64,000 bases of DNA from Octopus sinensis (lineage: Eukaryota): contig NW_021833290.1 of NCBI RefSeq assembly GCF_006345805.1, positions 12,763-76,762 of the forward strand, in the 5' to 3' direction. Positions within the stretch are counted from its first letter, which is position 1. Every line of letters starts with the position of its first letter. This document shows positions 52,881-64,000 of this stretch, one piece after another. The translations under genes and the position numbers were made by a program. The notes under the pieces were generated by a model. That model made no database searches, was not told the origin of the DNA, and saw nothing but the letters and a program-made list of their open reading frames with translations.

Positions 52881-53689
52881 CTATAGCAGTAAAGAAAGAG
52901 TAAAATAGATTATATGGAAAATATTTGTGATACGACATCAAACACTGTGACTTAAGAATGAAGGAAGAAAGAAAAAGAGAAAGAAGATAACGAAGAAGAA
53001 GAAGAAGAAGAAGAGACATGGAAAATGAGGTGTTCAAGATGAAAACCGAAAAAGGATTGAAGAGAGAAGAAGAAGTAGAAGAAGAAGAAGGAGAAGAAGA
53101 AGAAGAAGAAGAAGGAGAAGAAGAAGAGAAGAAGAAGAAGAGAAGAGAAAAGAAACAGAAGAAGAAAAAAAATAAAAAGGCGTAAAGATGAAGATTACAA
53201 GAAAAGAAGAAAAAAGAAGAATACGAAGAAGAAAAAGAAGAAGAAGAAGAGAGACGAAGAATAATAATAAGAAGAATAAGAAGACCAAGAGGAGAAGAAG
53301 AAGAAGAAGAAGAAGAATAGAAGAAGAAGAAAAGAGGAGGAGGAGAGAAGAAGAAGAAGAAGAAGAAGGAAGAAGAAGAAGAAGAAGAAGACGGAGAAGA
53401 AGAGAGAGAAGAAGAAGAGAAGACGAAGAAGAAGAAGAAGAACAAGAGGAAGAAGGCAGAAGATGCAGGAGGAGAAGAATATCTTAATGTGGCAGCAGTT
53501 TCATGTTTATTTCTTACTTGACTTGCACAACCTCGAGTATCCGCTTCGCCTCTCTATGTACCAACACACACATCCACACACATACACGCACATATACGCA
53601 CATACACACATATATGCTCAGAAATATACACACATATGTATATCTACCTCTGGGTGCGAGTATGTGTGCGAACCTCGTCCCGGTAGTGG

Positions 53690-54410
53690 TGTTCTTTTTA
53701 CCTGTCGATATAGTTTATTATCGAATCTAAAGGTGTTGTCTTCTAGTTCCCGGCGTGTGTCTTTGGAAATGTGTTTTGAAGCGTTCGTCCATCCGTCCGC
53801 TATGTTTTTCTACCCAGTGTTTGATTGCTTCCAGGCCCAAAGTGTGATGTATTTGTACAAAGATTAGTCAAATCTTTTAAGTATAGTACGTTCTGGGACA
53901 GTGGGTGGAATGTGTTTGATGAAATCCATATCGTCTCGGGTATAGCTGGGCATTAATGGGCACAACGGTTTGAGGAGTATATCCAAAAGATGGCTCAGTT
54001 GTTGTGTTGGGGCTCAGGGTCCAGCAACTGTTGGTCTCAATTTGATGTCAGTAGGTCTTAGTATTTTTATATGCTGATCCTTGCATTTTGGAGCATTCGC
54101 AGATCTTGGGTGATCCATAGAAATTACTCTCTTTCATTACAGAGCTGCATAAATAATCTTTCTCATTATCTGTGAACGAACGTTGGTATTCATTTATCTG
54201 ACTTTTGGGTGTATTCATTATTACTTTTTCCGGGTGTCTTGGTTCTTCCTTGTAGCAGGATTGGTCTGTTTCCAATATTTTATTTTTATAGTAGTCTTGG
54301 TCCGTGACTGCTTTCACCCTTCCCTAATCGGTTTCTTTTAGGATGATTGAATTGTCATTCTTCAGTTTGTAAGGCTTTCTTTTCTTCTTCAGGAAGGTTC
54401 TGTTCGCTTT
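53690..54410 (-). mobile_element. Penelope-like RT fragment
   Basis: ESNFYGSPKI; LRPTVAGP; LSHLLDILLKPL..SYTRDDMDFI; LEDNTFRFDNKLYRQVK. Confidence 0.8.
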
Positions 54411-56094
54411 ACGGATATTTTATTATATATGATATAAAACGGATTTAAGTCACCACGTAAAGTATGAATGAAAAACACATATGCATGTAAAATATGAGAA
54501 AAGAATGGATGTTCAAAATATTTGTGATTTGAATTAGATTTACAAAGCCTTCGTTGCAACATCAGTTTTCAGTGGAAGATATTTTTATCATCTCAGAAGT
54601 CAGCTTTATTTATAAATATCTTGTTTCTGTCCAATGAGCATTCCATTTGTTATTACACTTTGCTGTCAAAAGTAATTTACCTTTGCAAAAGTAAACTCCT
54701 TTCCTTTGCTTAGTTGATGCATAAAAGTTCTTCACAAAAATAAACCCCCAAAACTTCAAGACTGAAATAATAGACTAGGAAGGAAAACATAACAGAAATA
54801 GAAAGGGATTTATTAATAGAACTGGTGATGGTAGAGTGGGGAAACCCTGATATAATTTTGAGTCATGTGCTACAAAGGAGAACAACCTTACATGGTGATT
54901 TAACTGGCTTAGGGTGTTATTTAAAAAAGGGATGTAATTACATACATTGCCTTAGTTTTTTAGTCTTTGTTTAGCCCTTTGCTCCTTACTCTTGCTGTAT
55001 TAAACCTCAGTTTGTTCCCATTATTAACCACCTATGCTAAATCCTTCATCCCCTAAATAGCATCCCTGTTCATCATTCCTGTAAAGGTTGACCTGCAACA
55101 GCTCAAACGGAATATTAATGATATCTGTCTCACAAGTATTGGAGATCTTGCAGGAGTTAAAAAACTTGTATGATCCTTTCTCCAAAATCGGTAAAATAAA
55201 AAGTGTGGGATTTTAACTCAGATCACAAACAACTGGACAATATACTGCAAGGTGTCATATTCGACGTCCTCATAGTTGCATTTGTTCATTGAACTGTTAT
55301 GGTTCTTTATTGATCTCGGAAATGAATGACCCAAGGTTGACCTTGGCGGGACTTGAAGTCAGATTGCCGAGTGTCAGAACGTGATGTATTCTGCTAGACG
55401 GTCAAATGATTTGTGCCAAACCTCGCTCAAGTTATGAACGATGAAAATATCTAACTTATTAAACAGAACTTCAACTTTACTATTCAACATCTTGAGTTAT
55501 ACGAGATTTAGGAATTCTATTATTGAAACTTTTCTCTTTATTTTACATTAGGATTTCTCATTTTGTCAAAACGTTCCAAATGTTTTGAGAAATAGATCTG
55601 ATCGAATGAATTGATCCACTTTAGTATTAGGATATTTGATTAAAACTGAAAGTTTAAGGTGATTAATGCAATGATGCAAGCCAATTAACTGGAAGTAATC
55701 ACCTGGAAGAGCAATGTGTTGCAACAGAGTATTTGTTATGATTTATGTATCAAATAATTACTCTTTTTTATTCTATTCCATTTCTTGAGACGTTAAATTT
55801 TAATAATTTACTTAAAAATTGCGTAAGATTTCAGGTGAACGGGGATACATCAATCAGCCGAAACTTCAAATAACCTTCCATAATTTTGTAATAAGGTTTA
55901 TTGTGTTCATGATAGGGTAAATTTTTCTGATGACATTCTATCAAAAATAAATTCCTCATAATTTGTTAAAATAACACTATTTTGATTTCTTCACTTAGGT
56001 ATTTTAAGAATTTGGTAATTTAAGCGGATCTCGTCATTATCTGCTGTTTAATCCATCTGTTTCATTTTTAATTATAAAAATAATAATTTCTTCC

Positions 56095-56295
56095 ATAGGA
56101 ACAAACCTGAAATTTTGGGAAAGGGACAAGTCCTTTACATTGATCTCAGAGATTAATTGCTATTTATTTTACTGACTCCAAAAGAATGAAAAACAAAGTC
56201 AACCTCGACAGAATTTAAAATCGAAACGTAAAGACGAACGAAATACCGCTCAACATTTTGTCTGGCGTGCACAACGATTCTGATAGCTCGCTGCA
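56095..56295 (-). mobile_element. Family-2 SINE
   Basis: aaagtcaacctcgacagaattt..aacgtaaagacgaacgaaataccgct..acgattctg. Confidence 0.7.
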
Positions 56296-56752
56296 TATTC
56301 TATTATAAAATTAACACAAACAATAATTAACAATTATTCTGTGACACGATCAACTGATATTATATCATATTACTGTAATAATAAGCAACAATTCAACTAA
56401 TTAATGATATAATATAACTATGTGGAATACACGTTTTCTTAGCACTAAAGTTTTTATACTGTCCGTTCATTGAATATACCGTAAGATTTGATAAGTTCAG
56501 ACAAATGACATCAAAGTCAGATACTAGTCAGATCCAATCACTGTGTATGAGATGTTATATATTATAAATTCAATATGGTAAGAAACAGTTTATTTGACTT
56601 CACAACAGGTAACATATCGATTTGTTTTACTCTAACATAAGATTGTGCTTAAGGCTGTGAGATAAACAGCATAAGCGATTAGCTGAGAACATAATCAATG
56701 AGAATTTAAAATATTGGATGTGGAAAATACGTAGAAAGTGTCAAATACTTAC

Positions 56753-56943
56753 AAATATTCAACATTCGTCGGAATTGGTTGTGGAATTGATAGTAAATTG
56801 CGACGTGCACAATTTATTCTCGTTGTAAGTGAATTGCAAGTACATATCTTGCATATATCTGAATCAGCTTGAGTCTCCAAAAACAATATCGTACACAGTA
56901 TCAACACAAGAGACCGTCTATATGATACTACGTGGTGAAACAT
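56753..56943 (-). CDS. First coding exon: signal peptide + LRRNT (MFHHVVSYRRSLVLILCTILFLETQADSDICKICTCNSLTTRINCARRNLLSIPQPIPTNVEYL), ends phase 2
   Basis: Hydrophobic leader, CxxCxC..INC..L..IP..IP cap, gtaagt donor. An acceptor (cttttacag) at 56964 implies an upstream non-coding exon. Confidence 0.92.
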
Positions 56944-57493
56944 ATTGCCAGGCGTAGATTTATCTGTAAAAGAAGAAAATAGGAAATGTCAGAGATTTCA
57001 ATGTTATTAACTTCAAATTGCAGATTCTCCGAAGCAACTAAAATTCACCCCTGTTCCACATGACAAATATATTTTTGTTTTCGTGATTGGATATTTAAAG
57101 CTAAAAAATTAAATTTCGATAAATTAGTGTGAAGAAATTTATAAAAATATTATAGCTTTAACGCGTAATAATATCAAAGAAAACACCAAACACACACACA
57201 CAAACACAAACGCACTCCTACACACATCTGTAACCATCTTCGGGGGTGGGGTCTAATATATTTACAAAACTAGTGAACCATGAGTTTCGTAGACCCTAAA
57301 TACGCAGTGGTTGTAAACCCGGTTGGGTCGTTAAATCCGATGGGACCCCACAAGCAACTGTATGGTAACAAAGGATTTTTCCTGTACCCCAGTTTTAGAA
57401 GCGTTCATACAAAGTTTTCCTTAAATGAACTATCATGATTTCATTTTACTTACTTTTTTTTTACTGAAAACAAGAATAAAGCATGAACGTAAA

Positions 57494-58020
57494 TCTATAT
57501 ATATAAAACTCAACTTGTGTGTCTGTCTGTGTATCTGTGTGTGTGTCTGTGTCTTTTACTTCCCGGCACATCTCCTCCTAGCCAACAAATCGTAGAACCA
57601 CCAAACATGGGTCACTTAAAGTTTAGGCGAATGAAAATTGAACTGCGCTATTTCTGTTCCGAAATTCATCTCGCAAGTGCAAAAATCGATAATGTGTTTG
57701 TTTAGGCCTTCTCCCATGCATTGAATAGTGAACTTTACTCAGTCAGCTGTTTGACGTGAACTGTGTTCACCACGCATGCAAGCATGCGTAAATTGCATGA
57801 AAAATAAACAAATCACGATATAAAAACGAATCGCCGTAAACATTGTAGAAATTCGGCAAAGAAATGAATTTTCGGGGTGTAGCCTGGAGGGTTTTTTCGT
57901 ATTAATCGTTGGAACTTTGTGAACTCATACCAATTGTTTTCATAACATTTTTAACGCTTTGAATTAAATATGACCATTTTGCGTTGAGTCTGCAGTTTGA
58001 ATCACTAACCAAATTTTAGC
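57494..58020 (+). mobile_element. Possible non-autonomous Helitron-like element (5' end only)
   Basis: A|TCTATATATATAAAA start followed by a (GTCT/GT)n microsatellite; 3' end not established. Confidence 0.35.
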
Positions 58021-58099
58021 AGGCAGGATTTTTGATCATCACAATATATCGCCAGCGACTCCCTGAAACTCTCCTCTGATATCCTCGTTGAGAAATACT

Positions 58100-58305
58100 G
58101 TTCTAAAAGAATAATTCAACAATGCAATTTTCTGTATGTTATATGTGTTTGTAAGTCCTGGTGTTTTTGTTATGTATTTGTCTGAATATTTTTTTATCAT
58201 GCCTAATGCACCTACTATGATAGGAATTGTTTCTGTTTTTAGATTACACATTATGGTTACCTCTATTTCTAGGTCTTTGTATTTTGAAAGTTTTTCCGTT
58301 TCTTT
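58100..58305 (-). mobile_element. R4/Dong-type endonuclease C-terminal fragment
   Basis: LSKYKDLEIEVT.MCNLKTETIPIIVGALGMIKK..NIQKIALL. Confidence 0.75.
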
Positions 58306-58319
58306 ATTGTTATTATTAT

Positions 58320-59420
58320 TCTTATCTGTGTCCGGTTTTGGAGACTAGTTGTTCGGAGCTCTAAGTTTTCTTTAGAATTTGTTGTTACAATGTCGTTTTC
58401 AAAATTTTATTGACCACAGAACCCACCTCGCTGTAAGCGGGGCTAGCTGCAGTGGCCAGAATTCGCCCCTTAAAGGCGAATTTTGAGTTTTAAAAACTAC
58501 AATTTAATATTTTAAAAAGAAAAAGTTCAGTCTGGCTTCCCAAATCGAGGCAATAAAGGTTCTTACATCATCCGTTTTGACGTTTTGTCACCTCCGCTTG
58601 TTAATATTTTTGAGAAACATAGCAAAGACAGCAGCAGCAGCAGCAGTAGTAGCAACAACAACAACAGCATCACAACCATCAGCACCAACAAAAACATAAC
58701 AGAAAAATGAAGAGGAGGCAAGGAATCAATCCACTTTGACCCTAAAAAAGAAGACACACCACCAGAAATAGACAGCTGATTCTTGGTGGTAGATGTCCTC
58801 TTGGACATATAGGTCAAAACGAGCATCTTACAGATGCGGAAACTTTACAAACAAAACTATTCGGGTCAAGGCCTAAAATTGTGGGTGAAAATGGACAGCC
58901 AAAGTCTGGACACAATTCCAGATATCATAAATTCACACGTTGGCACCAACCTCCACGTGGCCTTTGAAAGCTGATGGTTTCGGTATCATCTGTGTGGGAA
59001 CACAAATCATCTAAAATTCTTCTATTGCCCACAACAAATTAGAGAAAGGAGCCTCTCAATTTTGCCAACATCATCAACACCACCACCACAGCAACAATAA
59101 CAACAATAGCAACAGCACCAACAGAGGCAGGTGACCATCGTGGCTACAAAATCAAGAATAACAGTAGCAGCAACACTAATCGCAGCAGCACGGGCAGCAG
59201 CAAAAACAACAGCATCAACCCCGGTCCCCACCACCAAAAACGCAACAACGTTATGAATAGGACAACGCCAAAAAGCTCTACAAGATTTGCCCCTCCCCTG
59301 TTCGGAGCACTCAGACATACCTTGCGCGGATAGGGACGACGAAAGACCAAAATGGCAAGAGGTCGCCTGAACACACAAAAGAAAAAGAAACAGAACCAAA
59401 AACACACAGACAATTCAGAC
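58320..59420 (+). mobile_element. Probable degenerate L1/Tx1-type 5' region/ORF1
   Basis: Broken frames with a degraded knuckle-like C..CG..H..CP near 58990-59030 and CAA/CAG low-complexity stretches; co-oriented with the endonuclease fragment at 60590. Confidence 0.35.
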
Positions 59421-59429
59421 ATAGACTTG

Positions 59430-60580
59430 CCCAAATGCATCAATAAATTAACATTGATATTTTTTCACCGTTGTTGCAATCATCTGAAATGCAACTGTCA
59501 AAGCGCGATATTCGAGCAATTTTGCTATTCAACATCAAAAAAGGATGTAAAGCAGCTGAAACTTCTCACGATGTCAACGAAACGTTTGGTGAGGAAATGA
59601 CCAGTGAGTGGTCAGTTTGAAAATGGCTTAAACGATTTAGCAGTGGAAACCTGAAAATCTTGAGCGTAGTGGACGCCCGTCTGTCATCGATGACGGTCAA
59701 CTGAAGATCGTCATTGAGAAAGACCCACGTAAAACCACTCGAGAACTAGCAAAAGAACTTCAAGTCAGCCAGAAAATGCCTGAAACCATTTGCATGCGAT
59801 CGGAAAATCAGAAAAGCTCGACAAATGAATACCACACGATTTGAATGAAAATCAGAAAATGTGAACTTATGAAATGTGCTCGTCACTTCTTCGCCGAAAC
59901 CAGACCGATCCAATTCTTGACCGTATTTGCGATGAAAAGTAGATTCTGTATAATAATAGAAAATGTTTTTCGCAGTGGATGGACCCAAATGAAGCACCGA
60001 AAAGCTTCCCTAAACCCGATCTCTTCAAAAAAGAGATTATGGTGATTGTTTAGTGATGTGCCGTTGGACTCATCCACTATAACTTATTAAAACCCAGAAA
60101 ATCCATTACTGCAGAAACATATTACCAAGAAATTGCCAATGTGAACGAAAAACTGCTACTCCTCTGTCTCAGACTGGTCAACAGAAGAGGGCCAATCATT
60201 CTTCATGACAATACTCGACCACACGTTTCACTAATGACGCTCCAGAAGTTTAGGGAATCTGGCTACGAAGTTCTTCCTTACTCAGCCTACTCCCCAGACC
60301 TTTCTCCCAACGTCTATCACTTTTTCAAGTATCTTTATGGTTTCCTTCGAGAGAAGGAGTTCAAAAATCAAACCGATGCTGAAAGCGCGTTCAAAGAGTC
60401 CATCAGCTCCAGAACTCCAGATTTTTATGTTAACGGAATAAACAAACTTTGTAACTCATTGGCAAAAATGTGTTTATAGTAATGGTACAGACTTTGATGA
60501 ATAAAATTTCCCCATTGCTGGAATACATTGTGATGAATTTCACGTTTCAAAACGTTGCTTACTTTTTACTCAGCCTGATA
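59430..60580 (+). mobile_element. Defective mariner transposon
   Basis: MQLSKRDIRAI..KAAET, ERSGRP, IPHDL, HDNTRPH, YSPDLSP.VYHFF. The right end reads ...tactttttactcagcctga+TA; the left TIR was not found. Confidence 0.92.
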
Positions 60581-60589
60581 TTTATTTCC

Positions 60590-60818
60590 ATGTCAAACGG
60601 GAATGAGGGGCGGGGTGGAATGGCAGTGTTGTCCCAGAGACGCCTGGATCTCAACACAAAGATTATCTTCCTGGACTCAGAAGGTAAGTTGGTGGTCCTG
60701 GACGTCGTGAACAGTAGTAACGGAGGTGTCCTCAGTCTGGTGGCTGTTTATGCCTCGACACGTTCAGGATAGCTGAACATCTTCAGACGTCTGGAGGTTT
60801 TCCTTGGAGTGTCTAGAC
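60590..60818 (+). mobile_element. L1/Tx1-type APE endonuclease fragment
   Basis: GGMAVL..IFLDSEGKLVVLDV..LVAVYAS. Confidence 0.65.
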
Positions 60819-63800
60819 CAGGTGTCTGTAACCTGTGGCACGCGTGTCATGTGTAGCACGCGGAACAATTCACAATGGCATGCACACCACTTGGCAAAAA
60901 ATAAAAGTAAAATTTTATTTATAACTAACTCTGAGGAAGCGACATCATAATAATTAAATTACATATCTTTTTTACGATCCATCTATTCTAGCCTAAACTA
61001 TCTGAAGTTAGTTGTATTTGGTAGTATTACATTTCCTTAAAAATATAGTACTACTGAACACAATTTTGATACGAAATTATGAATGTTAGCACAATTAATT
61101 TGTTTGTAAGCTGGTGCTGAAAGCATTTCTATGGACTTTATTACTGAAGCCGGGAGCTAGAGGTGCGAACGCTTATTGTTTCGAACTCGGCTGTATATTT
61201 GGTTGACCACTTTACAGCAGCCAGTCTAAATAAAGACACTCTTTAAAATCGGCTGCTACATTGCGGGTCGTCTATAAGTAGACGCTTTTAAAATTATTCT
61301 CACATTTTGGGAAGAAAAAGCGGTAACGAGTAGGGTTTTCAAAAGGAATTAAACATGAAAAGTCAAAAATTATAGTTATTTTCTTAGGTTTCAATTTCTC
61401 CTTCGGAAGTTAAGTTGTCTGATCTTTTGGGTATATATTTTTTTGTTTATACATATCATTTATTTTAATCTAATTATTTTATTATTACAAAAATTAATTC
61501 ATTAAATTAATTTCATTCTTTTTTACTATTTATTTTATTCTAATTATTTTATTTAGTTATTTTTATTTGTAGAACCTAATTTAAGGGTTTATACACCTGA
61601 CATATCAATTATCAATATATAGTGCAGCAAATTGCATAACAAAGGACCAAAATTTGACGTTCGTTCATTTCAAGATTTCTGGAGCACTGAGTATGGATTT
61701 GTACAACAAAATCATCGAGTTGTGTGTGCGTTCTGCTGTGAATTTGTCGTATGTCGTACATCAAGTGTTCAAATACACTATCAAACTAGACACCAGACTA
61801 TGTCTAAAAACGCTGATGATAAAAGGCAAATCATAAAAAGGGCTATTTCTAGTTACAAATGAAGGACTTCTGTTTTTGTTCAAATGCTTGGAACCAACAA
61901 TGAAGCCAAATAATGTAGTTAGACAATTGCTCAATGTATAGTTGAGAAAGGTAAACCTTTAACAGTCGGAGAATTTATCAAAAAAGATTTTCTGAGAAGT
62001 GCAAAACTTTTGTTCAGTGATCAAGCAAACGCTGAATAAATACTGTCTCGAATTCAAGAAATACCAACTTCTGCATGATCAGTTGAGAGACGTGTAACTG
62101 ATATAGCTGAAAACATAATTATAACACAGAAAGTTAGATTACAAAAAGCTGCTGCATTCAGTGACCCCTATCGATGAAAGTACTCAAGTGAATGACATGG
62201 CGCACCTAGCAATTGTTGCAAGATGCTGGGACAATGATCGTATTTACGAAGAATCATGTTGTTTGATTATTCCTCTTACCAATACATCTACAGGACAGGA
62301 CATTCTGACTGCATTTCTAAATTATTTCGAAAATCAAGCCATTAATACAAATAAAATATTTTGTATTACTACTGGTGGTGCACGTGCAGTGGGTGGAAAG
62401 GAAAAAAAGATTTATTAAGCGTCTTGAAAATCACATTTCACGCAGTTTAATGTGTTTTAATTGCATTGTACATCAGGAAAATTTAGTTGCAAAACTTTCG
62501 TCACAAAGCTTGAGTTCTGTCGTGGAAACTGTTGTTAAAATAGTTAACTTCATGGTTTCTTGCTCTTCACTGACTCACAGACAATTTAAGTCTCTTCTGC
62601 AGGAACTGGACAGCGAATATGCAGACTTCCCACTTCACAGTAAAGTCCTGCAGCGTAGACTCGGTTAAAATTTCTCTCTCCCATTTATTATATATACGTG
62701 CATTCGAACGTAGAAGGGAACAGCTATCCGGTTGCCGCTATTTGGATCCCGTTCTGTCCACTACTCTGATTAGTTGGTATTGGCGCAATTTGTCGCGCCA
62801 AACTACCGCGTATCACCAGTCGGAGTCAGCCTGTTCTCTACCCCGTTTTGGCCTACTTCTCCTTATAAAAACTCAGCCTTTTCTCCTGTCGTCTTTTGGT
62901 TCCAGACCTTTTAAGGTATAGGCACTGACCACAAAGACACAGCCAGTTCCAGAGACTTACCAACTTTGTCCAACAGCATTCCAACAACCTCCGAATTCGT
63001 CGCCACCACCATGTCCTTAACGTCTTCAACATCATCTCTCTACGTACACAGCTCTGCAAGCGATGCATCCAGGTTCCAACACTTCACTGTTCGTGAATTA
63101 CTTCATCATGGGTCAACAACAAATATACAACCAGTATGAACTCCTGTACAAGTTACCCAGGCAGCAGCATCACAGCCACGACATCACGTTCAACATATAC
63201 CTGTAATTGTCTCCTACATCTATGAACCCATACGCATACATTCTGTTCTCATGACGGCATGTCTATCGTTCAGTATACATGATGCACACACAGACACATC
63301 CGTTAACATATCAATAAATCTTCTTTTAATCATTCTACGCGGTTGTCTCCTTTATCCATCTGGCAAATAGATGGTACTATCAATTTTCTCTTTATTGTAA
63401 GGGCTGTGTGATGTGGTACTAAAGAGCCATTCTTGTCAACTCGCATCGCACGGTCCTTACAGTCCGTTGGCTTTGTCGGGGTAATGTTTTGAACAGATTT
63501 GTATCATGCTTAGAAGAATATTTCTTGAAAGGAAACAGTTGCCAGAATTGAACAACGAAGACGGTTTATTTAAACTGATGCTTCTAACTGACAGTCACTT
63601 GAATGATTAAAATTTGCATTTACAAGAGAGAGGTCAAACAGTACTTGATGTTTTTGAATATTGGAAAGGATTTTGTTAAAATCAGATTTTTTTTGCGTGA
63701 TAAACTTAGCAATACATAAAAATACTTTCCAAATGTAAAAGCTTATTCAAATCGATTTAATATTTAATAAAAACGAACTTCAAAAATATATTGCAACGTT

Positions 63801-64000
63801 GAAAGAAGAATTTTCCAAGTGAGATAAATATTTCAAAACAAATTCTCCTATATTTTCATTTCTCATCAAACCCGACTTTGAGGGATTTGAAAACGAACCC
63901 AATTCATCTATCACTTTTGGGCTCAACAACAAATATACAGGATAGCTTTGAAGTGGAAATGATTGAATTAACCACTTCAGAATTATGGGGGGAAAATTTA
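60819..64000 (+). mobile_element. Defective hAT (Charlie/GTF2IRD2-like) transposon, right end outside the window
   Basis: GTCTAGAC target then CAGGTGTCTGTAACCT terminus; CAFC..HYQTRH zinc finger; DESTQVND; ITTGGARA; CIVHQENL; KV|RWLCRGNVLNRF. Confidence 0.9.
62649..63461 (+). mobile_element. Probable solo LTR (813 bp) inserted in the hAT transposase
   Basis: TG...CA termini; GTCC duplication at 62645-62648 and 63462-63465; AATAAA near 63313; removing it restores LHSKVRWLCRG. Confidence 0.82.

Larger units (their letters stand above)
30808..53480. repeat. Tandem array of LRR-exon cassettes separated by 0.4-2.2 kb imperfect (GAA/GGA)n purine tracts
   Basis: Two unique blocks (~0.5 kb containing exon A, ~1.1 kb containing exon B) each recur 6 times between the GAA-rich tracts. 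Confidence 0.95.
3256..56963 (-). other. Multi-exon gene for an LRR-array adhesion-GPCR-like receptor ectodomain (SP-LRRNT-LRRx12-LRRCT-Ly6/uPAR-SEA-like-HRM-SEA-like...). It continues past the left edge and is disrupted by several small indels as assembled.
   Basis: 23 exons found by AG/GT splice sites, mostly with matching phases. Recognisable motifs: LRRNT, LRR, LRRCT, CCxxxxCN, and HRM (WPxTxxG..PC..ATRxC..W.EPD..C). Confidence 0.85.

Noticed and set aside
30808-53480. CRISPR-like repeat/spacer reading of the array
   Set aside because: Units are kb-scale eukaryotic exon-intron cassettes with no short palindromic repeats and no cas genes.
30643-53487. Long poly-F/L/S and poly-E/R/K ORFs (up to 719 aa)
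   Set aside because: Translations of stop-poor (GAA/TTC)n tracts; they are introns between the LRR exons.

Overview
AT-rich, repeat-dense animal genomic DNA. The SINE families, the (TA)n load and the transposon mix suggest an octopus or other coleoid cephalopod; this is inference, not a database result. The ORF track is almost all noise. Reading splice sites on the minus strand reveals one large multi-exon gene from ATG 56943 to beyond the left edge. Its order is: signal peptide + LRRNT, twelve 72-nt phase-2 LRR exons, LRRCT, a Ly6/uPAR-type Cys domain, a SEA-like region, a hormone-receptor (HRM) domain, then a second copy of the SEA-like exons. This is the ectodomain layout of an adhesion-GPCR-like receptor; GAIN/7TM exons are not in the window. 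The ~23 kb 'GAA desert' at 30.8-53.5 kb is a tandem array of intron+exon cassettes. Each cassette has near-identical non-microsatellite intron blocks, but its LRR exon is hypervariable almost only at the concave-face (LxxLxLxxN) positions, a VLR/TLR-like diversification signature. The introns carry RTE, R4/Dong, CR1 and Penelope-like fragments (several with hammerhead-ribozyme motifs), tRNA-SINEs and MITEs. The right end holds a nested L1/Tx1, mariner, hAT and solo-LTR stack.
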